64,000 bases of DNA from an uncultured Chloroflexia bacterium (GTDB lineage: Bacteria > Chloroflexota > Chloroflexia > QHBQ01 > JADMIH01). Shown piece by piece: positions 16,922 through 26,632 of this stretch. The position numbers were made by a program, and so were the translations under genes. The stretch's first letter is position 1. The number at the start of each line of letters is the position of its first letter. The stretch covers positions 256,001-320,000 of the forward strand of contig CAWCNY010000002.1 in the NCBI GenBank assembly GCA_963797095.1. Reading direction: 5' to 3'. The notes beneath the pieces were generated by a model. The model was not told the DNA's origin and did no database searches. It was given only the letters and a program-made list of their open reading frames with translations.

Positions 16922-17533
16922 ATGCGTGAGCTACTTGATATTATTCCATACCTCGATCTGACCATTGTTGTGCTGGTCCTGTTCTTCGTGTACCTGGGTT
17001 GGGTGCATGGCACACCGCGCCTTCTGATGGTTATCGGGTCGGTTTACACCGGATTCCTGCTGGCGGCGGTTTACTACCACCTTTTCGCCGTCACGCTTGC
17101 CAATTTCTTCAAGCTCAAGTCGATCTTCACAGCCGAGCTTATTTCGTTCCTCGTCCTGGATGTGCTGGTAACGGTGCTGATGATCGCTCTCCTGTTCAGC
17201 CTGTTCGGTCATATTGAGGTCAAGAACCGGATGGCAGTCTTCGATAAGATATTCGGCTCGCTGGTGGGCCTGTTCGCCGGTGTGCTGGTGGTGGGCATTT
17301 TGATCACCCTGTTGCGCGTACCCTACGAGGCAAACAAGCAGAAGTTGAACCCCGCCTCCGATATGCCCGTGGTCCAGCTTTTCAATCAGGGCTATGAGAA
17401 GTCAGTGCTCTCTCCCTACTTTGTGAAGGGGGCCCCATTCTTCCTCCAGACCCTCAAGCCCATGCTTCCCCCCCAGATACAGGAGAAAGGCGCGGTCCCC
17501 TTGCTGGAGAGCCTGTTAGTCCAACAACAGTAA
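16922..17533 (+). CDS. CvpA-family membrane protein
   Basis: LDL...YLGW..G N-terminus, DKIFGSLVG motif, four TM helices. Confidence 0.8.
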   Translation: MRELLDIIPYLDLTIVVLVLFFVYLGWVHGTPRLLMVIGSVYTGFLLAAVYYHLFAVTLANFFKLKSIFTAELISFLVLDVLVTVLMIALLFSLFGHIEVKNRMAVFDKIFGSLVGLFAGVLVVGILITLLRVPYEANKQKLNPASDMPVVQLFNQGYEKSVLSPYFVKGAPFFLQTLKPMLPPQIQEKGAVPLLESLLVQQQ

Positions 17534-17566
17534 CTGTCAAACAAATCATAAGCACGGGATCAGGTT

Positions 17567-17613
17567 CTAAAATAGAGAATGGGCGGCCAAACTGCCCATT
17601 CTCTCTATTTTAG
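17567..17613 (+). terminator. Rho-independent terminator
   Basis: CTAAAATAGAGAATGGGC / GCCCATTCTCTCTATTTTAG hairpin. Confidence 0.75.
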
Positions 17614-17834
17614 AGCAATAATTTGAGCTCAGTATCTAGCCTGGGTTCGGGATTTGCACGTTTCTTTATGGAAACTATTGCCTGCAAAATGCGTAATAGT
17701 GTATTAAGGAGTAGCCGGTAACGCTTCAATAACATATCTTACATCTCCCATCGCTTTCCGCGCCTCTGTGTGGGCGTCTACCTGGCCCAATTCCTGCTAT
17801 TTACGAAACCAGAGCTTATGACAGGGAGGTAATC

Positions 17835-17981
17835 ATGGATAGCTCCGAACTATCGGGAGGCGGACTCGACTTCCAGAGAGCGCCGGGAGGGCGTAGAGGG
17901 TGCGGCTGTTGCGGCTTGTGGTTCACAGGTCTGCTTGCTCTACCCATGTTCGCGCTGGCAGCTTTGCTTATTGTTGCCTAG
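17835..17981 (+). CDS. Small membrane protein, 48 aa (not in ORF track)
   Basis: GGAGGT RBS; MDSSELSGGGLDFQRAPGGRRGCGCCGLWFTGLLALPMFALAALLIVA*. Confidence 0.65.
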   Translation: MDSSELSGGGLDFQRAPGGRRGCGCCGLWFTGLLALPMFALAALLIVA

Positions 17982-18039
17982 CACATTCCTTCATCTCACA
18001 CAAGGTACGATCACATAAACACAAACAGGAGGCTTTCGC

Positions 18040-18330
18040 ATGGGAGATTGTTTAGGGATCATAGTTCTGTTCCTGATGCTGGCCGTGATAGGCTGGGTGA
18101 TGGATCTGATCATTCCGGGTAAGATGCCTTACGGCATAGTGGGCGGTATCGTCGCCGCCATAGCAGGTGGTCTGGTTGGCGGCTTCCTTTTCGAGTTTCT
18201 CAGCTTCGGCTGGTGGGCGCAGATCGGCAGCATACGCTTCTACTTCATCCCAGGCTTGCTGGGCGGCATAGTGCTCGCGATAGTAGTCCGCTTCGTAATG
18301 GGTATGTCGGCCAACAACCGGCGCTACTAA
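18040..18330 (+). CDS. GlsB/YeaQ/YmgE-family stress membrane protein
   Basis: IGW..DLIIPG...GG hydrophobic three-TM pattern; AGGAGG RBS. Confidence 0.85.
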   Translation: MGDCLGIIVLFLMLAVIGWVMDLIIPGKMPYGIVGGIVAAIAGGLVGGFLFEFLSFGWWAQIGSIRFYFIPGLLGGIVLAIVVRFVMGMSANNRRY

Positions 18331-18415
18331 CAACATAACCGGAATTGCTTGGTGGGGCGAGTTGGCGTTGCAACTTGCCCCTCGATTCATGATATACTAT
18401 CGACTGGTACTAATT

Positions 18416-18631
18416 ATGGAAACAGAACCAATTACCCCCAGGAAGCAAACCGATGGTAACTCTCTCACCATCATAGGTATGCTCCTGGGCGCAGCTATTG
18501 GAGCCTCTGTCGCTCTGGTTTATTCGCGTGGCACAGGCGCCCAAAACCGCCGCGCCCTCAATTTGTGGGCACACCATCGCCTGGACGATATTCAACACAA
18601 GGTCGAAGGTGCCGTAAAACGCGAACCGTAG
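18416..18631 (+). CDS. YtxH-like small protein
   Basis: GMLLGAAIGASVALVY...TG..NR motif. Confidence 0.65.
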   Translation: METEPITPRKQTDGNSLTIIGMLLGAAIGASVALVYSRGTGAQNRRALNLWAHHRLDDIQHKVEGAVKREP

Positions 18632-18651
18632 AACGTGAAAGGTAGAGAGCC

Positions 18652-18828
18652 ATGCTTAGGGGATTACGCACAGGTATAAAATACTTCACGCTGGGCCTGC
18701 TCGCCGGTCTGGTGTTTGCGCCTCGCAAAGGGAGCGATACCTTCAAGCTCCTGATCGGTCGGGGTAAGGAGTACGCGCAGGAAAACCTCAACATCACCGA
18801 GAGCGCCCGCCGGGCCGGCGAGGAGTAA
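18652..18828 (+). CDS. YtxH-like small protein, 58 aa (not in ORF track)
   Basis: FTLGLLAGLVFAPRKGSDT motif. Confidence 0.75.
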   Translation: MLRGLRTGIKYFTLGLLAGLVFAPRKGSDTFKLLIGRGKEYAQENLNITESARRAGEE

Positions 18829-18832
18829 GGCT

Positions 18833-19114
18833 GTGGTTGTTGATGTTGTTTGCTGGGTGATCATCGGCGTCCTCATCGGTTGGAACGCGCCCAGGCTTGT
18901 CGAGCAGTCGAGTTATACAGGTCGCGGCCCGCAGGGCGATTTCGGCTTCGCGCTCTTGGGGGCGCTCCTGGGCGGTATATTCGCCCGTCTTCTAGGAGTG
19001 GGAGGCCATGCCGCAGGCGATAACTTCACATGGCTCACCCTGATCGTCGCCGCGATTGGCGCAACCATAGCCCTCGGCCTGGCAAGAGCCACAGCCAAGC
19101 AGACGGCGCGCTAG
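18833..19114 (+). CDS. GlsB/YeaQ/YmgE-family membrane protein
   Basis: WVIIGVLIGW...LLGALLGG...LIVAAIGA pattern. Confidence 0.8.
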   Translation: MVVDVVCWVIIGVLIGWNAPRLVEQSSYTGRGPQGDFGFALLGALLGGIFARLLGVGGHAAGDNFTWLTLIVAAIGATIALGLARATAKQTAR

Positions 19115-19192
19115 TTTGAAGTCCCTGGTTCTAATACGCCGCGATAGGAACCAGGAACCAGGAACCAGGAACTAAATTAAGGAGAGCACAGC

Positions 19193-19360
19193 ATGGGGCA
19201 GGTCAACATGGACGACAGCGGGGGCAGCGCGGCGGCTATCGTGTTGGTTGTGGTGGTGCTACTTGTGCTGGTGCTGCTTGTCTTATGGCTCGCAGGTGTG
19301 TTTGAGCCAAAGCCTCCCGAGGATAATACGAACGGTCTCCTATCTCTCCTCGCGCTCTAA
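19193..19360 (+). CDS. Small single-pass membrane protein, 55 aa (not in ORF track)
   Basis: AAGGAG RBS; MGQVNMDDSGGSAAAIVLVVVVLLVLVLLVLWLAGVFEPKPPEDNTNGLLSLLAL*. Confidence 0.7.
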   Translation: MGQVNMDDSGGSAAAIVLVVVVLLVLVLLVLWLAGVFEPKPPEDNTNGLLSLLAL

Positions 19361-19451
19361 GCCTGTCTCCTGACCTCGATAGACGCAGCCTCCGGCCTGC
19401 CTTCACTTTGGCCAACCCAATAACCGAGCCATATACTGAACAGGGGGCACT

Positions 19452-20177
19452 ATGATCCCACTTGGTGATGAAGGTACTCCTCCTCAACGCGGTTTGCCTG
19501 TGGTAAACCTCACTATCATCGCGCTCAATATCGTTATGTATCTTGTTCAGGTAGTGTTGGGCGATTCTTTCACAAACGGTTGGAGCCTGGTGCCGCAAGA
19601 GATCACCACAGGCCATGACCTGATAGGCACTTTTCCCGTACCAGGCTTCGACGACCAGATAACCCTTACCGCCGCTCCACTGGGCATAGTCTACCTGACA
19701 CTACTTACCTCCATGTTCATGCACGGCGGGCTTTTACATATAGGGTCGAACATGCTCTTCCTGTTCATCTTCGGTGATAACGTCGAGGATAACTTCGGCT
19801 CTTTCAAGTATCTCCTTTTCTACCTCGCATGCGGCTTTGGGGCCAGCTTTGCCCAGATTTACCTGGGCGGCCCCGACTTAGTCATACCCAACCTGGGAGC
19901 ATCAGGGGCTATTGCGGGAGTGCTCGCGGCTTACCTGGTGCTGTTCCGGCAGGCCCGCATCCGCGTCCTGATTCCGCTAGGATATTTCTTTACCGTAGGC
20001 TCGGTCCCCGCGATTGTCATGATACTTATCTGGATAGGCATACAACTTCTAAGCATCTTCGTGCTTGAGGAGCAAACGGCAGGCGGAGGCGTGGCCTACT
20101 GGGCGCACGTGGGCGGCTTCATAACGGGGTTGCTTCTGGTGTTCCTGCTAAGGGACACGCAAAGGGACATGGCTTGA
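19452..20177 (+). CDS. Rhomboid intramembrane serine protease
   Basis: FMHGG..HI..NM, GASGA and AHVGG motifs. Confidence 0.93.
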   Translation: MIPLGDEGTPPQRGLPVVNLTIIALNIVMYLVQVVLGDSFTNGWSLVPQEITTGHDLIGTFPVPGFDDQITLTAAPLGIVYLTLLTSMFMHGGLLHIGSNMLFLFIFGDNVEDNFGSFKYLLFYLACGFGASFAQIYLGGPDLVIPNLGASGAIAGVLAAYLVLFRQARIRVLIPLGYFFTVGSVPAIVMILIWIGIQLLSIFVLEEQTAGGGVAYWAHVGGFITGLLLVFLLRDTQRDMA

Positions 20178-20220
20178 CGAGTGACGAGTGACGAATAGCT
20201 ATTGCATATTCCTTCACTCG

Positions 20221-22512
20221 TCATTTACTTATTCCAAGGAACAGCACCGTGTGGTTGCGGCTTAGCTGGCCGCTCTTGGCCGATTGTGTGGCCGATCCCA
20301 CCAGCAGATATTTGAGCGGGCGCACAAACGGGGCCACCGTTTGATCGTAATCCGACTTAGTTTCGTCCCCCATGGTGTCGAGGAAATCGCTTTCCAGGTA
20401 CTCGCGCAAACCGGTGAGGTCCACGTAGGCTATCGCGTTGCTGTCTCTCGCCAGGTGCGCTTTTGCGCTGTTCCATTGGCTTGATGTGCCGAAACCCTTG
20501 CCCACGTTGTCTATCGTCGCTTGCAAGTCTGCGTGGGCTGCCTGACCGTTCGTATCGAAAATGAACCAGAAGCGGTCCTGGGCCACACCGAGCAGCACTC
20601 CACTGTTCGGGTCGCCATAAAACGTTTCGCCCGCCAACTGCACTTCAGTAGCGTTCGCATCTGGGTTGCTTTGCGGCGATAGCGCTTTGTCTAGCATGCT
20701 CTTCATCTTGTCGGGTTCGCTCAGTTTCAACTCGAAGATCACTGAGGGCGAAGCCTGCTCTCCTTGCCCATTGAGCGACACGCTCAACGCGTAATCCCCA
20801 CCCAGCAGCGGCAGCAAGTCTTGCTCAATATTCACCTTGGTGGCATCCTCTATAGACTTGATCTGCTCGTCTATCTCGTTGCCTACATCATTATTGTCGC
20901 GCAGGTTCTTGAGCACCCCTTCCAGGATTGTTTTGAGGTCTGTGCCCGCGAAGAACGCCAGCGCGCCGGACGGCACATCGTTTAAGATCGACTCGTCAGG
21001 CCGGGCATCCGGGTTCACCTGCAACGAGGTGCCCATCAGGCTCAGGTCGGTCTCAGATGCGACATCCAGTTGTAACCCATCATCCGTTGCGCTCAACGTG
21101 AACAACATAGAGCCGCTGACGTTCTGCACAGTCTGCTGTTCCATCACTTCGGGGTCGGCAAGCTGTGCCTGCTTGTAAATCTCCGTCAGGTTCATATAAA
21201 GCGCAGCGATCCGATCCTGCGGCACCTGCCCCGACAGCGCCTTGAACGTTTCATCGTCCTTCAATGTCTTGTTGTCGCGGAAGTCGTCTATCAATACCTT
21301 CAACGGGTCAACCTTCGCACCTACTATGGCGGTGGACGAGCCATCGAGGAGCGCGAAAAATATCTCGTTGGTGTTCGTAATGAACTTATGGATATCAACA
21401 TCCCGGTATGTCTCCACAAGCTCAGCCTTGCCGATATTATCCGCTTGCTGCTTGAGGTCCGAGATAGGGCCCTTCTTGTTGAGCGGGTTGAAGTCCAGGT
21501 CTACGATCCCTACCACGTTCTTACTGATCACGTCACCCGCTACGCTCTCCATGTCGCCGTTGTTAGCTGCGTCCTGGATCCGCTGGAGGTCATCGCTGCT
21601 TGGCGCGAGCACGGCAAGTGTTACGCTGTTTCCCAGGTAAGTAGCCAGGGTGTCGAGGCTACCTGCCGTTGGCGTGGCTCCATACTGGCTGTTGTTGCCG
21701 CTGTTGTTGCCGCTACCGTTGTCGCCGAGCGCGGAAGTGACCTGGCCTGTGATCTTATCCCAGGCCTCTTTGAAGCCGGGCTGAGACTGGAACGCCTCGC
21801 CTATCCTGTCCATCGCGGCCTTTTGCTGACCTTCCAGCACCGGGTCGAACGAGAAATAGCCTAGCGTATTGGCGGGCAGCAGCCTCTCTACTGCCACCGC
21901 CGGGCGGCCAAAGACATTCTGCCACAGGTAAAGCGCCACACCTGCGATCACGATCAGTAAGATCACGGCCAGGATGCCCGCTATGAGAGGGGCGCGGCTG
22001 CGCGGCCTGGGTGGCCTGGATGGTTCAGTCTGGGTTGTTATTGCAGGCACCTGTGCCGCCGACTGCCCGTAGTCGCCTGCCTGGTTATATTGTGGCGGGT
22101 AGGCAGGCGTGGGCTGGGTGGGCGGTTGGGCAGAATAGCTGTATGGTTGTGTAGGAGCCTGCGAGGCCCCATATTCAAAAGGTGGTGCAGGCGGCGCAGG
22201 CGCTGTATAGCCCTGCGGTGGGGTGCCGGCGAAGGAGGCGGTGGGCGGCTGGTACGTGGCTTGCTGAGGCTGTTCAGCAGAATGATGAGGTGGGGTAGGC
22301 TCCTGGGCCTGGAAAGGAGCGCGAAAAGTGTCCACATCCTCCACAGGCAGGTCGGGGGCAGGCCCAAGCGGCCCGGTAATAGGCGCACGCGCCTGCGAGA
22401 ATTGCCTGAAAGGCTGCTCCGAAGGCTCATCCGCCTGCTGATCGTAGGCGATAGGCTCTCCTGTGTTTGGGTCGAACTTCCACTGAGACTTTTCGGGGCT
22501 GCCACTACTCAC
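20221..22512 (-). CDS. DUF3352-like membrane-anchored protein
   Basis: Pro/Gln-rich N-terminus, one TM, large extracellular domain with repeated LP/VP...F pattern. Confidence 0.7.
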   Translation of the reverse strand: MSSGSPEKSQWKFDPNTGEPIAYDQQADEPSEQPFRQFSQARAPITGPLGPAPDLPVEDVDTFRAPFQAQEPTPPHHSAEQPQQATYQPPTASFAGTPPQGYTAPAPPAPPFEYGASQAPTQPYSYSAQPPTQPTPAYPPQYNQAGDYGQSAAQVPAITTQTEPSRPPRPRSRAPLIAGILAVILLIVIAGVALYLWQNVFGRPAVAVERLLPANTLGYFSFDPVLEGQQKAAMDRIGEAFQSQPGFKEAWDKITGQVTSALGDNGSGNNSGNNSQYGATPTAGSLDTLATYLGNSVTLAVLAPSSDDLQRIQDAANNGDMESVAGDVISKNVVGIVDLDFNPLNKKGPISDLKQQADNIGKAELVETYRDVDIHKFITNTNEIFFALLDGSSTAIVGAKVDPLKVLIDDFRDNKTLKDDETFKALSGQVPQDRIAALYMNLTEIYKQAQLADPEVMEQQTVQNVSGSMLFTLSATDDGLQLDVASETDLSLMGTSLQVNPDARPDESILNDVPSGALAFFAGTDLKTILEGVLKNLRDNNDVGNEIDEQIKSIEDATKVNIEQDLLPLLGGDYALSVSLNGQGEQASPSVIFELKLSEPDKMKSMLDKALSPQSNPDANATEVQLAGETFYGDPNSGVLLGVAQDRFWFIFDTNGQAAHADLQATIDNVGKGFGTSSQWNSAKAHLARDSNAIAYVDLTGLREYLESDFLDTMGDETKSDYDQTVAPFVRPLKYLLVGSATQSAKSGQLSRNHTVLFLGISK

Positions 22513-22650
22513 GGTTTGTCCCTCCTATTAGTCCGATCGCGCCCGATACAGATAACCGGGCTGCACATACGCAACTTTTCGCTCCTATGAAACGAATATA
22601 CCAAATGGACAAGGGCTGTACAATAATACCACCAGATTAGAGGGTACCTA

Positions 22651-23706
22651 ATGCGTAATCCACCAAAGGGCGGGCAGGCACCGCCCACATCGGCCAGACT
22701 CCCTATTGTTCTCGACGACCTTCGCGCCATTATGCGCCAGTTGAACTGGGAAGGTCTTCGTGATGACGTGCGCCGCGAGGCCGCCGCTCGCCTTGCTATT
22801 GTCGGCCCCGTCAATGCGGGCAAATCGACCCTGTTCAACACGCTCGAAGGCAAAGATATCGCCCAGGTTAGCCCACTCCCCGGCACCACTAAAGCATCTC
22901 AACATCGCGAGTTCGGCCCCTTTACTCTCATTGACACTCCCGGTTTCGGAGAGGTTGGCGGGGTTGACCGCGCCGGTATCGCCGCCAAGAGCGCCTCCCA
23001 GGCCGACGCCATCCTGCTCCTGCTGGACGCGGGCGCCGGCCTTCGCCAGGGCGATGCCGACCTCCTTCAATACCTGCAAAGTTTGCGCAGGCCCGTTGTG
23101 GTGGTCCTCAACAAGATCGATCTGCTGGGGCGTAACTACGACCAGGTTGTAGACGACGCATCGACCCGCCTGGGCCTGCCTGTGATCCCCATTTCGGCCA
23201 AGAAAGGCACCAACGTGGCCGAGAAACTGGTACCTGCCCTGGTCGATGTGCTGCCCGATCTGGCGGTTGCCCTGGGCCGCGAGCTTCCGCCGTTGCGCCG
23301 CTCGATGGCGAATAAAGTGATTCGACAATCGGCCATCCTCAACACAGCAGCGGGAGCCGAGCCTATCCCCTTCATCGATATCCCCGTCTTGCTCACCACC
23401 CAGGGCCGCATGGTGCTCAAGATCGCCGCCATCTACGGCGAACCTTTCACCGCCCGCCACGCCAAAGAGCTGATCGGTACTATCGCCGGTGGGCTTGCAT
23501 TCCGCTATCTGGCCCAGCAAGGAGCCAAATTGGTTCCCGCGGGTGGTTGGGCTGTGGCCGCCGGTATCGCCGCCGTGGGCACCTGGGCTATCGGCCAGGT
23601 CGCCATCGAATACTTCGAGAGTGGCAAGCGCCTCACCCGCCAGCAGATGCGCGACATGTACAAGAACAGCCTCAAGCGCGACCGGCATACCTTCGAGAAG
23701 GAATAA
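22651..23706 (+). CDS. Era-like GTPase fused to YcjF/DUF697-like domain
   Basis: GPVNAGKS, DTPG, NKID and SA motifs; C-terminal PIPFIDIPVL. Confidence 0.85.
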   Translation: MRNPPKGGQAPPTSARLPIVLDDLRAIMRQLNWEGLRDDVRREAAARLAIVGPVNAGKSTLFNTLEGKDIAQVSPLPGTTKASQHREFGPFTLIDTPGFGEVGGVDRAGIAAKSASQADAILLLLDAGAGLRQGDADLLQYLQSLRRPVVVVLNKIDLLGRNYDQVVDDASTRLGLPVIPISAKKGTNVAEKLVPALVDVLPDLAVALGRELPPLRRSMANKVIRQSAILNTAAGAEPIPFIDIPVLLTTQGRMVLKIAAIYGEPFTARHAKELIGTIAGGLAFRYLAQQGAKLVPAGGWAVAAGIAAVGTWAIGQVAIEYFESGKRLTRQQMRDMYKNSLKRDRHTFEKE

Positions 23707-23712
23707 AGGACT

Positions 23713-23755
23713 AGAAGAAAGGGGCAGGCTCCCACGTGCCTGCCCCTTTCCTTCT
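23713..23755. terminator. Bidirectional terminator
   Basis: AAAGGGGCAGGC / GCCTGCCCCTTT hairpin between convergent genes. Confidence 0.75.
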
Positions 23756-23762
23756 TTCACGA

Positions 23763-24206
23763 TTATCTGTCGTGTTCAGGCAATTTCCCCGAATTGAGCT
23801 TATCCGAAGTGAGCCTGCCTGAATTGAGCTTTCCAGAGTCCAGGTTGCTGCTGTTGAGCTTGCCTGAAATGAGGAGGCGTGTGGTCAATGGGCCCGTCCC
23901 TTTAAGAGGACCTGCGCCGTTTGCTCCGTTCAGGAAATCGGTGTTCCCTGCAGGGATGCCATCGGTGGTCAGCCTGTAATGAACGTGGGGCATTTGTGTC
24001 GTGTGGTCAAGGGTCCTTTTGCTCTTCAAGCCCCAGTGCTCAAGCACGACCGAAAGCGTCTCTACCCACCATTCTGTGTCGAACACGGCGTTGCCCGCAT
24101 TCTTTATAGCCATGTTCATGGCGTCCTGGTCAACCGTCAGAATAACACCTGCGTTTGATTGGCCTCTGTAGTGTCCGTCGATTTGGCTCCAAAGTATACG
24201 GCTCAT
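23763..24206 (-). CDS. Hypothetical protein with C-terminal SGKLN-type pentapeptide repeats
   Basis: Start chosen at MSRILWSQ; six degenerate 5-aa repeats. Confidence 0.55.
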   Translation of the reverse strand: MSRILWSQIDGHYRGQSNAGVILTVDQDAMNMAIKNAGNAVFDTEWWVETLSVVLEHWGLKSKRTLDHTTQMPHVHYRLTTDGIPAGNTDFLNGANGAGPLKGTGPLTTRLLISGKLNSSNLDSGKLNSGRLTSDKLNSGKLPEHDR

Positions 24207-24429
24207 GCCTAAACCCCCGTTCTCGCGCCCGCGTCTGATGCGCCGCCGTTTACACGAATTATACCATCGAATCTGCGCATTACTACCAGCCATTGATCCC
24301 GTCGGGTAGTAGCCCATTCTTCCTATAAATAGTCCTATTCGGTGGTACCATGAAGCTACATCCGTGGAAGGTTGCCCGTTGACTGTCCGGCTGTTAGAAT
24401 CTATCTCAGAATAGAGAGGTGACACATAT

Positions 24430-25518
24430 ATGATCAATGCGGTTGTGATGCCCGCGCCTTATGCGCCCCTGCAATCTCGCTCGTATGACGAGCCTGAGCT
24501 AGAACCCGGCTCGGTGCTACTGCGCACCCTCGGCAGCGAAGTATGCGGCACTGATGTACACCTGTGGCACGGGCGGTTGGCGGGCGTGCCCTACCCGATC
24601 ATCCCCGGCCACGTGAGCGTTGGTGAGGTGGCAGGTATTGGTGGTAGTGCATCGGATGTGGATGGTCGTCCTCTTGCTGTCGGTGACTTCGTGACGTTCC
24701 TCGATGTGTACGGCTCGTGCGGGCGCTGCTGGTATTGCACTGTGGCCCACGCCACCACCCGCTGCCCGCACAGGCGGGTGTACGGCATCACCCTGTCGGC
24801 TGATGAGGGCCTTCTGGGCGGGTGGGGCGAATACATCTACCTGCGGCCAGGGGTGCATATAGTATCCCTTCCTGCGGGTCTGCCCTGGCAGACATTCCTC
24901 GCGGCCGGGTGTGGGTTGCCCACCGCGCTCCACGCCGTCGAGCGCGCCGAGGTGCATTTCGGCGATACGGTGGTTGTGCAGGGGAGCGGTCCGGTAGGAT
25001 TGAGCGCGGCGATCCTGGCGCAGCTACGCGGCGCTGGCAAAGTAATCGTGGTGGGCGGGCCGCCGCTGCGCCTTGATATGGCTACCCGCGCAGGGGCAGA
25101 CGAGGTGCTGGACGTTGGCACTATGGATGCCCCTGCGCGCCTCGAAGCGGTGCGAGAGATGTCGGGCGGGCGCGGTGCCGATGTGACGATTGAGGCGACC
25201 GGGGTGGCTGCCGCCGTGCCCGAAGGGATGAGGATGACCCGTGACTCAGGGCGCTACGTAGTGGTTGGGCAGTACACGGACGCCGGACCTGTCGAGTTCA
25301 ACCCGCACCTCGACCTGAACAAGAAGCACCTGGATGTGCGCGGATGCTGGGGTAGCGATGTGAGCCATGTCTACCGGGCTGTGCAGGTGCTCGCCCGCTA
25401 TCACACTCGCTTCCCGTGGAGCGAGTTCGTCAGCGGGCACTATTCACTCGACCGGGCGCAGGAAGCCCTCGAAGACGTGGAGGCGCAGAGGGTGGTGAAG
25501 GCTCTTATAGTGCCCTGA
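24430..25518 (+). CDS. Zinc-binding (MDR) dehydrogenase
   Basis: CGTD, GH, CxxCxxC...C and GSGPVG motifs. Confidence 0.92.
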   Translation: MINAVVMPAPYAPLQSRSYDEPELEPGSVLLRTLGSEVCGTDVHLWHGRLAGVPYPIIPGHVSVGEVAGIGGSASDVDGRPLAVGDFVTFLDVYGSCGRCWYCTVAHATTRCPHRRVYGITLSADEGLLGGWGEYIYLRPGVHIVSLPAGLPWQTFLAAGCGLPTALHAVERAEVHFGDTVVVQGSGPVGLSAAILAQLRGAGKVIVVGGPPLRLDMATRAGADEVLDVGTMDAPARLEAVREMSGGRGADVTIEATGVAAAVPEGMRMTRDSGRYVVVGQYTDAGPVEFNPHLDLNKKHLDVRGCWGSDVSHVYRAVQVLARYHTRFPWSEFVSGHYSLDRAQEALEDVEAQRVVKALIVP

Positions 25519-26377
25519 CGCCGGAGAGGTCAGCCTCGACGTCGCCTGCCGGCAGACCAACCTCCCAGACATGGCTAGGTTTATCCCTGGCAAGCACCGC
25601 GATATTGAGATGAGTACACTCTTCGCGGTCCAGAGGCTCGATGACCGTGTCGAAGGCGAGGGCGGGGGTATTATTAGCGGCGGAGAGGTGGGCGAGCCAC
25701 ACGGTGCGCGGCTTGCCGTCTTGAGCCAGCCCAGCGACCAGGCGAGCAGTATCGGCGTTGGCAAGGTGGCCGTGCGGGCCAGCCACCCGCTTCTTGAGGG
25801 AATATGGATAGTGGCCTCGCCATAGCTTCTGCATGTCGTGGTTGGCTTCCAGCACCAGCAGATCGGATGCCTTTAGCGCCTCGTGTATCGAGTCGGTTTC
25901 GCAACCGAGATCGGTGCAGATGGCGATGTGACGACCTGCGGCCTCGATCCAGAACCCCGTTGGCTCGGTGGCATCGTGCGAGACCGTGAAGGTGCGCACT
26001 ACCACATCGGGCACATCGGGCGCGCCATCGCGTGCCCCGACACGCACTTCGCTGCCGGGCGCTTGCACGATCTTCTCCGGTATGGAGCCGAACTGCCAGA
26101 TCCCGGCGGAGAAGGTGCCCTGGGTCGCCACGATGGGGAGCTTGTATCGCCGGGCAAGCGTGCCCGCCCCGCGCAGGTGGTCGGTATGCTCGTGGCTGAC
26201 GAAGATGGCGGCCAGCCGGACGGGCGATATGCCGCGCTGCCGCATGTAATACTCAAGCACCCCGGCGTTCAACCCGGCGTCGAAAAGTATCTCAACTCCC
26301 TCCGCTTCCAACAAAAAGGCGTTGCCGGAGCTGCCGCTGGCAAGCGCACTAACCCGCACCCATGGCCGCGTTTCCAT
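25505..26377 (-). CDS. MBL-fold metallohydrolase (YycJ/WalJ-like)
   Basis: LASGSSGN, SHEHTDH, SHDA, TDLG, LEANHD, GHL and AHLS motifs. Confidence 0.9.
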   Translation of the reverse strand: METRPWVRVSALASGSSGNAFLLEAEGVEILFDAGLNAGVLEYYMRQRGISPVRLAAIFVSHEHTDHLRGAGTLARRYKLPIVATQGTFSAGIWQFGSIPEKIVQAPGSEVRVGARDGAPDVPDVVVRTFTVSHDATEPTGFWIEAAGRHIAICTDLGCETDSIHEALKASDLLVLEANHDMQKLWRGHYPYSLKKRVAGPHGHLANADTARLVAGLAQDGKPRTVWLAHLSAANNTPALAFDTVIEPLDREECTHLNIAVLARDKPSHVWEVGLPAGDVEADLSGVRAL

Positions 26378-26383
26378 GAACTA

Positions 26384-26412
26384 ACGATAGTACAAATGTT
26401 CCTCTTTGTCAA
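26384..26412 (-). promoter_or_regulatory. Leaderless-type promoter with LexA box
   Basis: Minus strand TTGACA-N17-TATCGT, 6 nt before ATG; GAACATTTGTAC (26390-26401) in the spacer. Confidence 0.75.
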
Positions 26413-26632
26413 CTCGACCCCAACCACGAGTCATCCCGAACTCTAGATGAATGTTCGTGAACATGTAACCTGTTTCTAAACATGAAGCATTCCAAATTTT
26501 AGATCCAGCTTCGCGGGCGTGCAATCCAACTCTAAAAGAGCCCCTCAACAAGATTTGGGGAGGGCCGTTGGGCGTTCCCAACCCATTCTGCGCAGGAATC
26601 TAACATCCGGGATAACCAGTAAAGCGCCCCCC

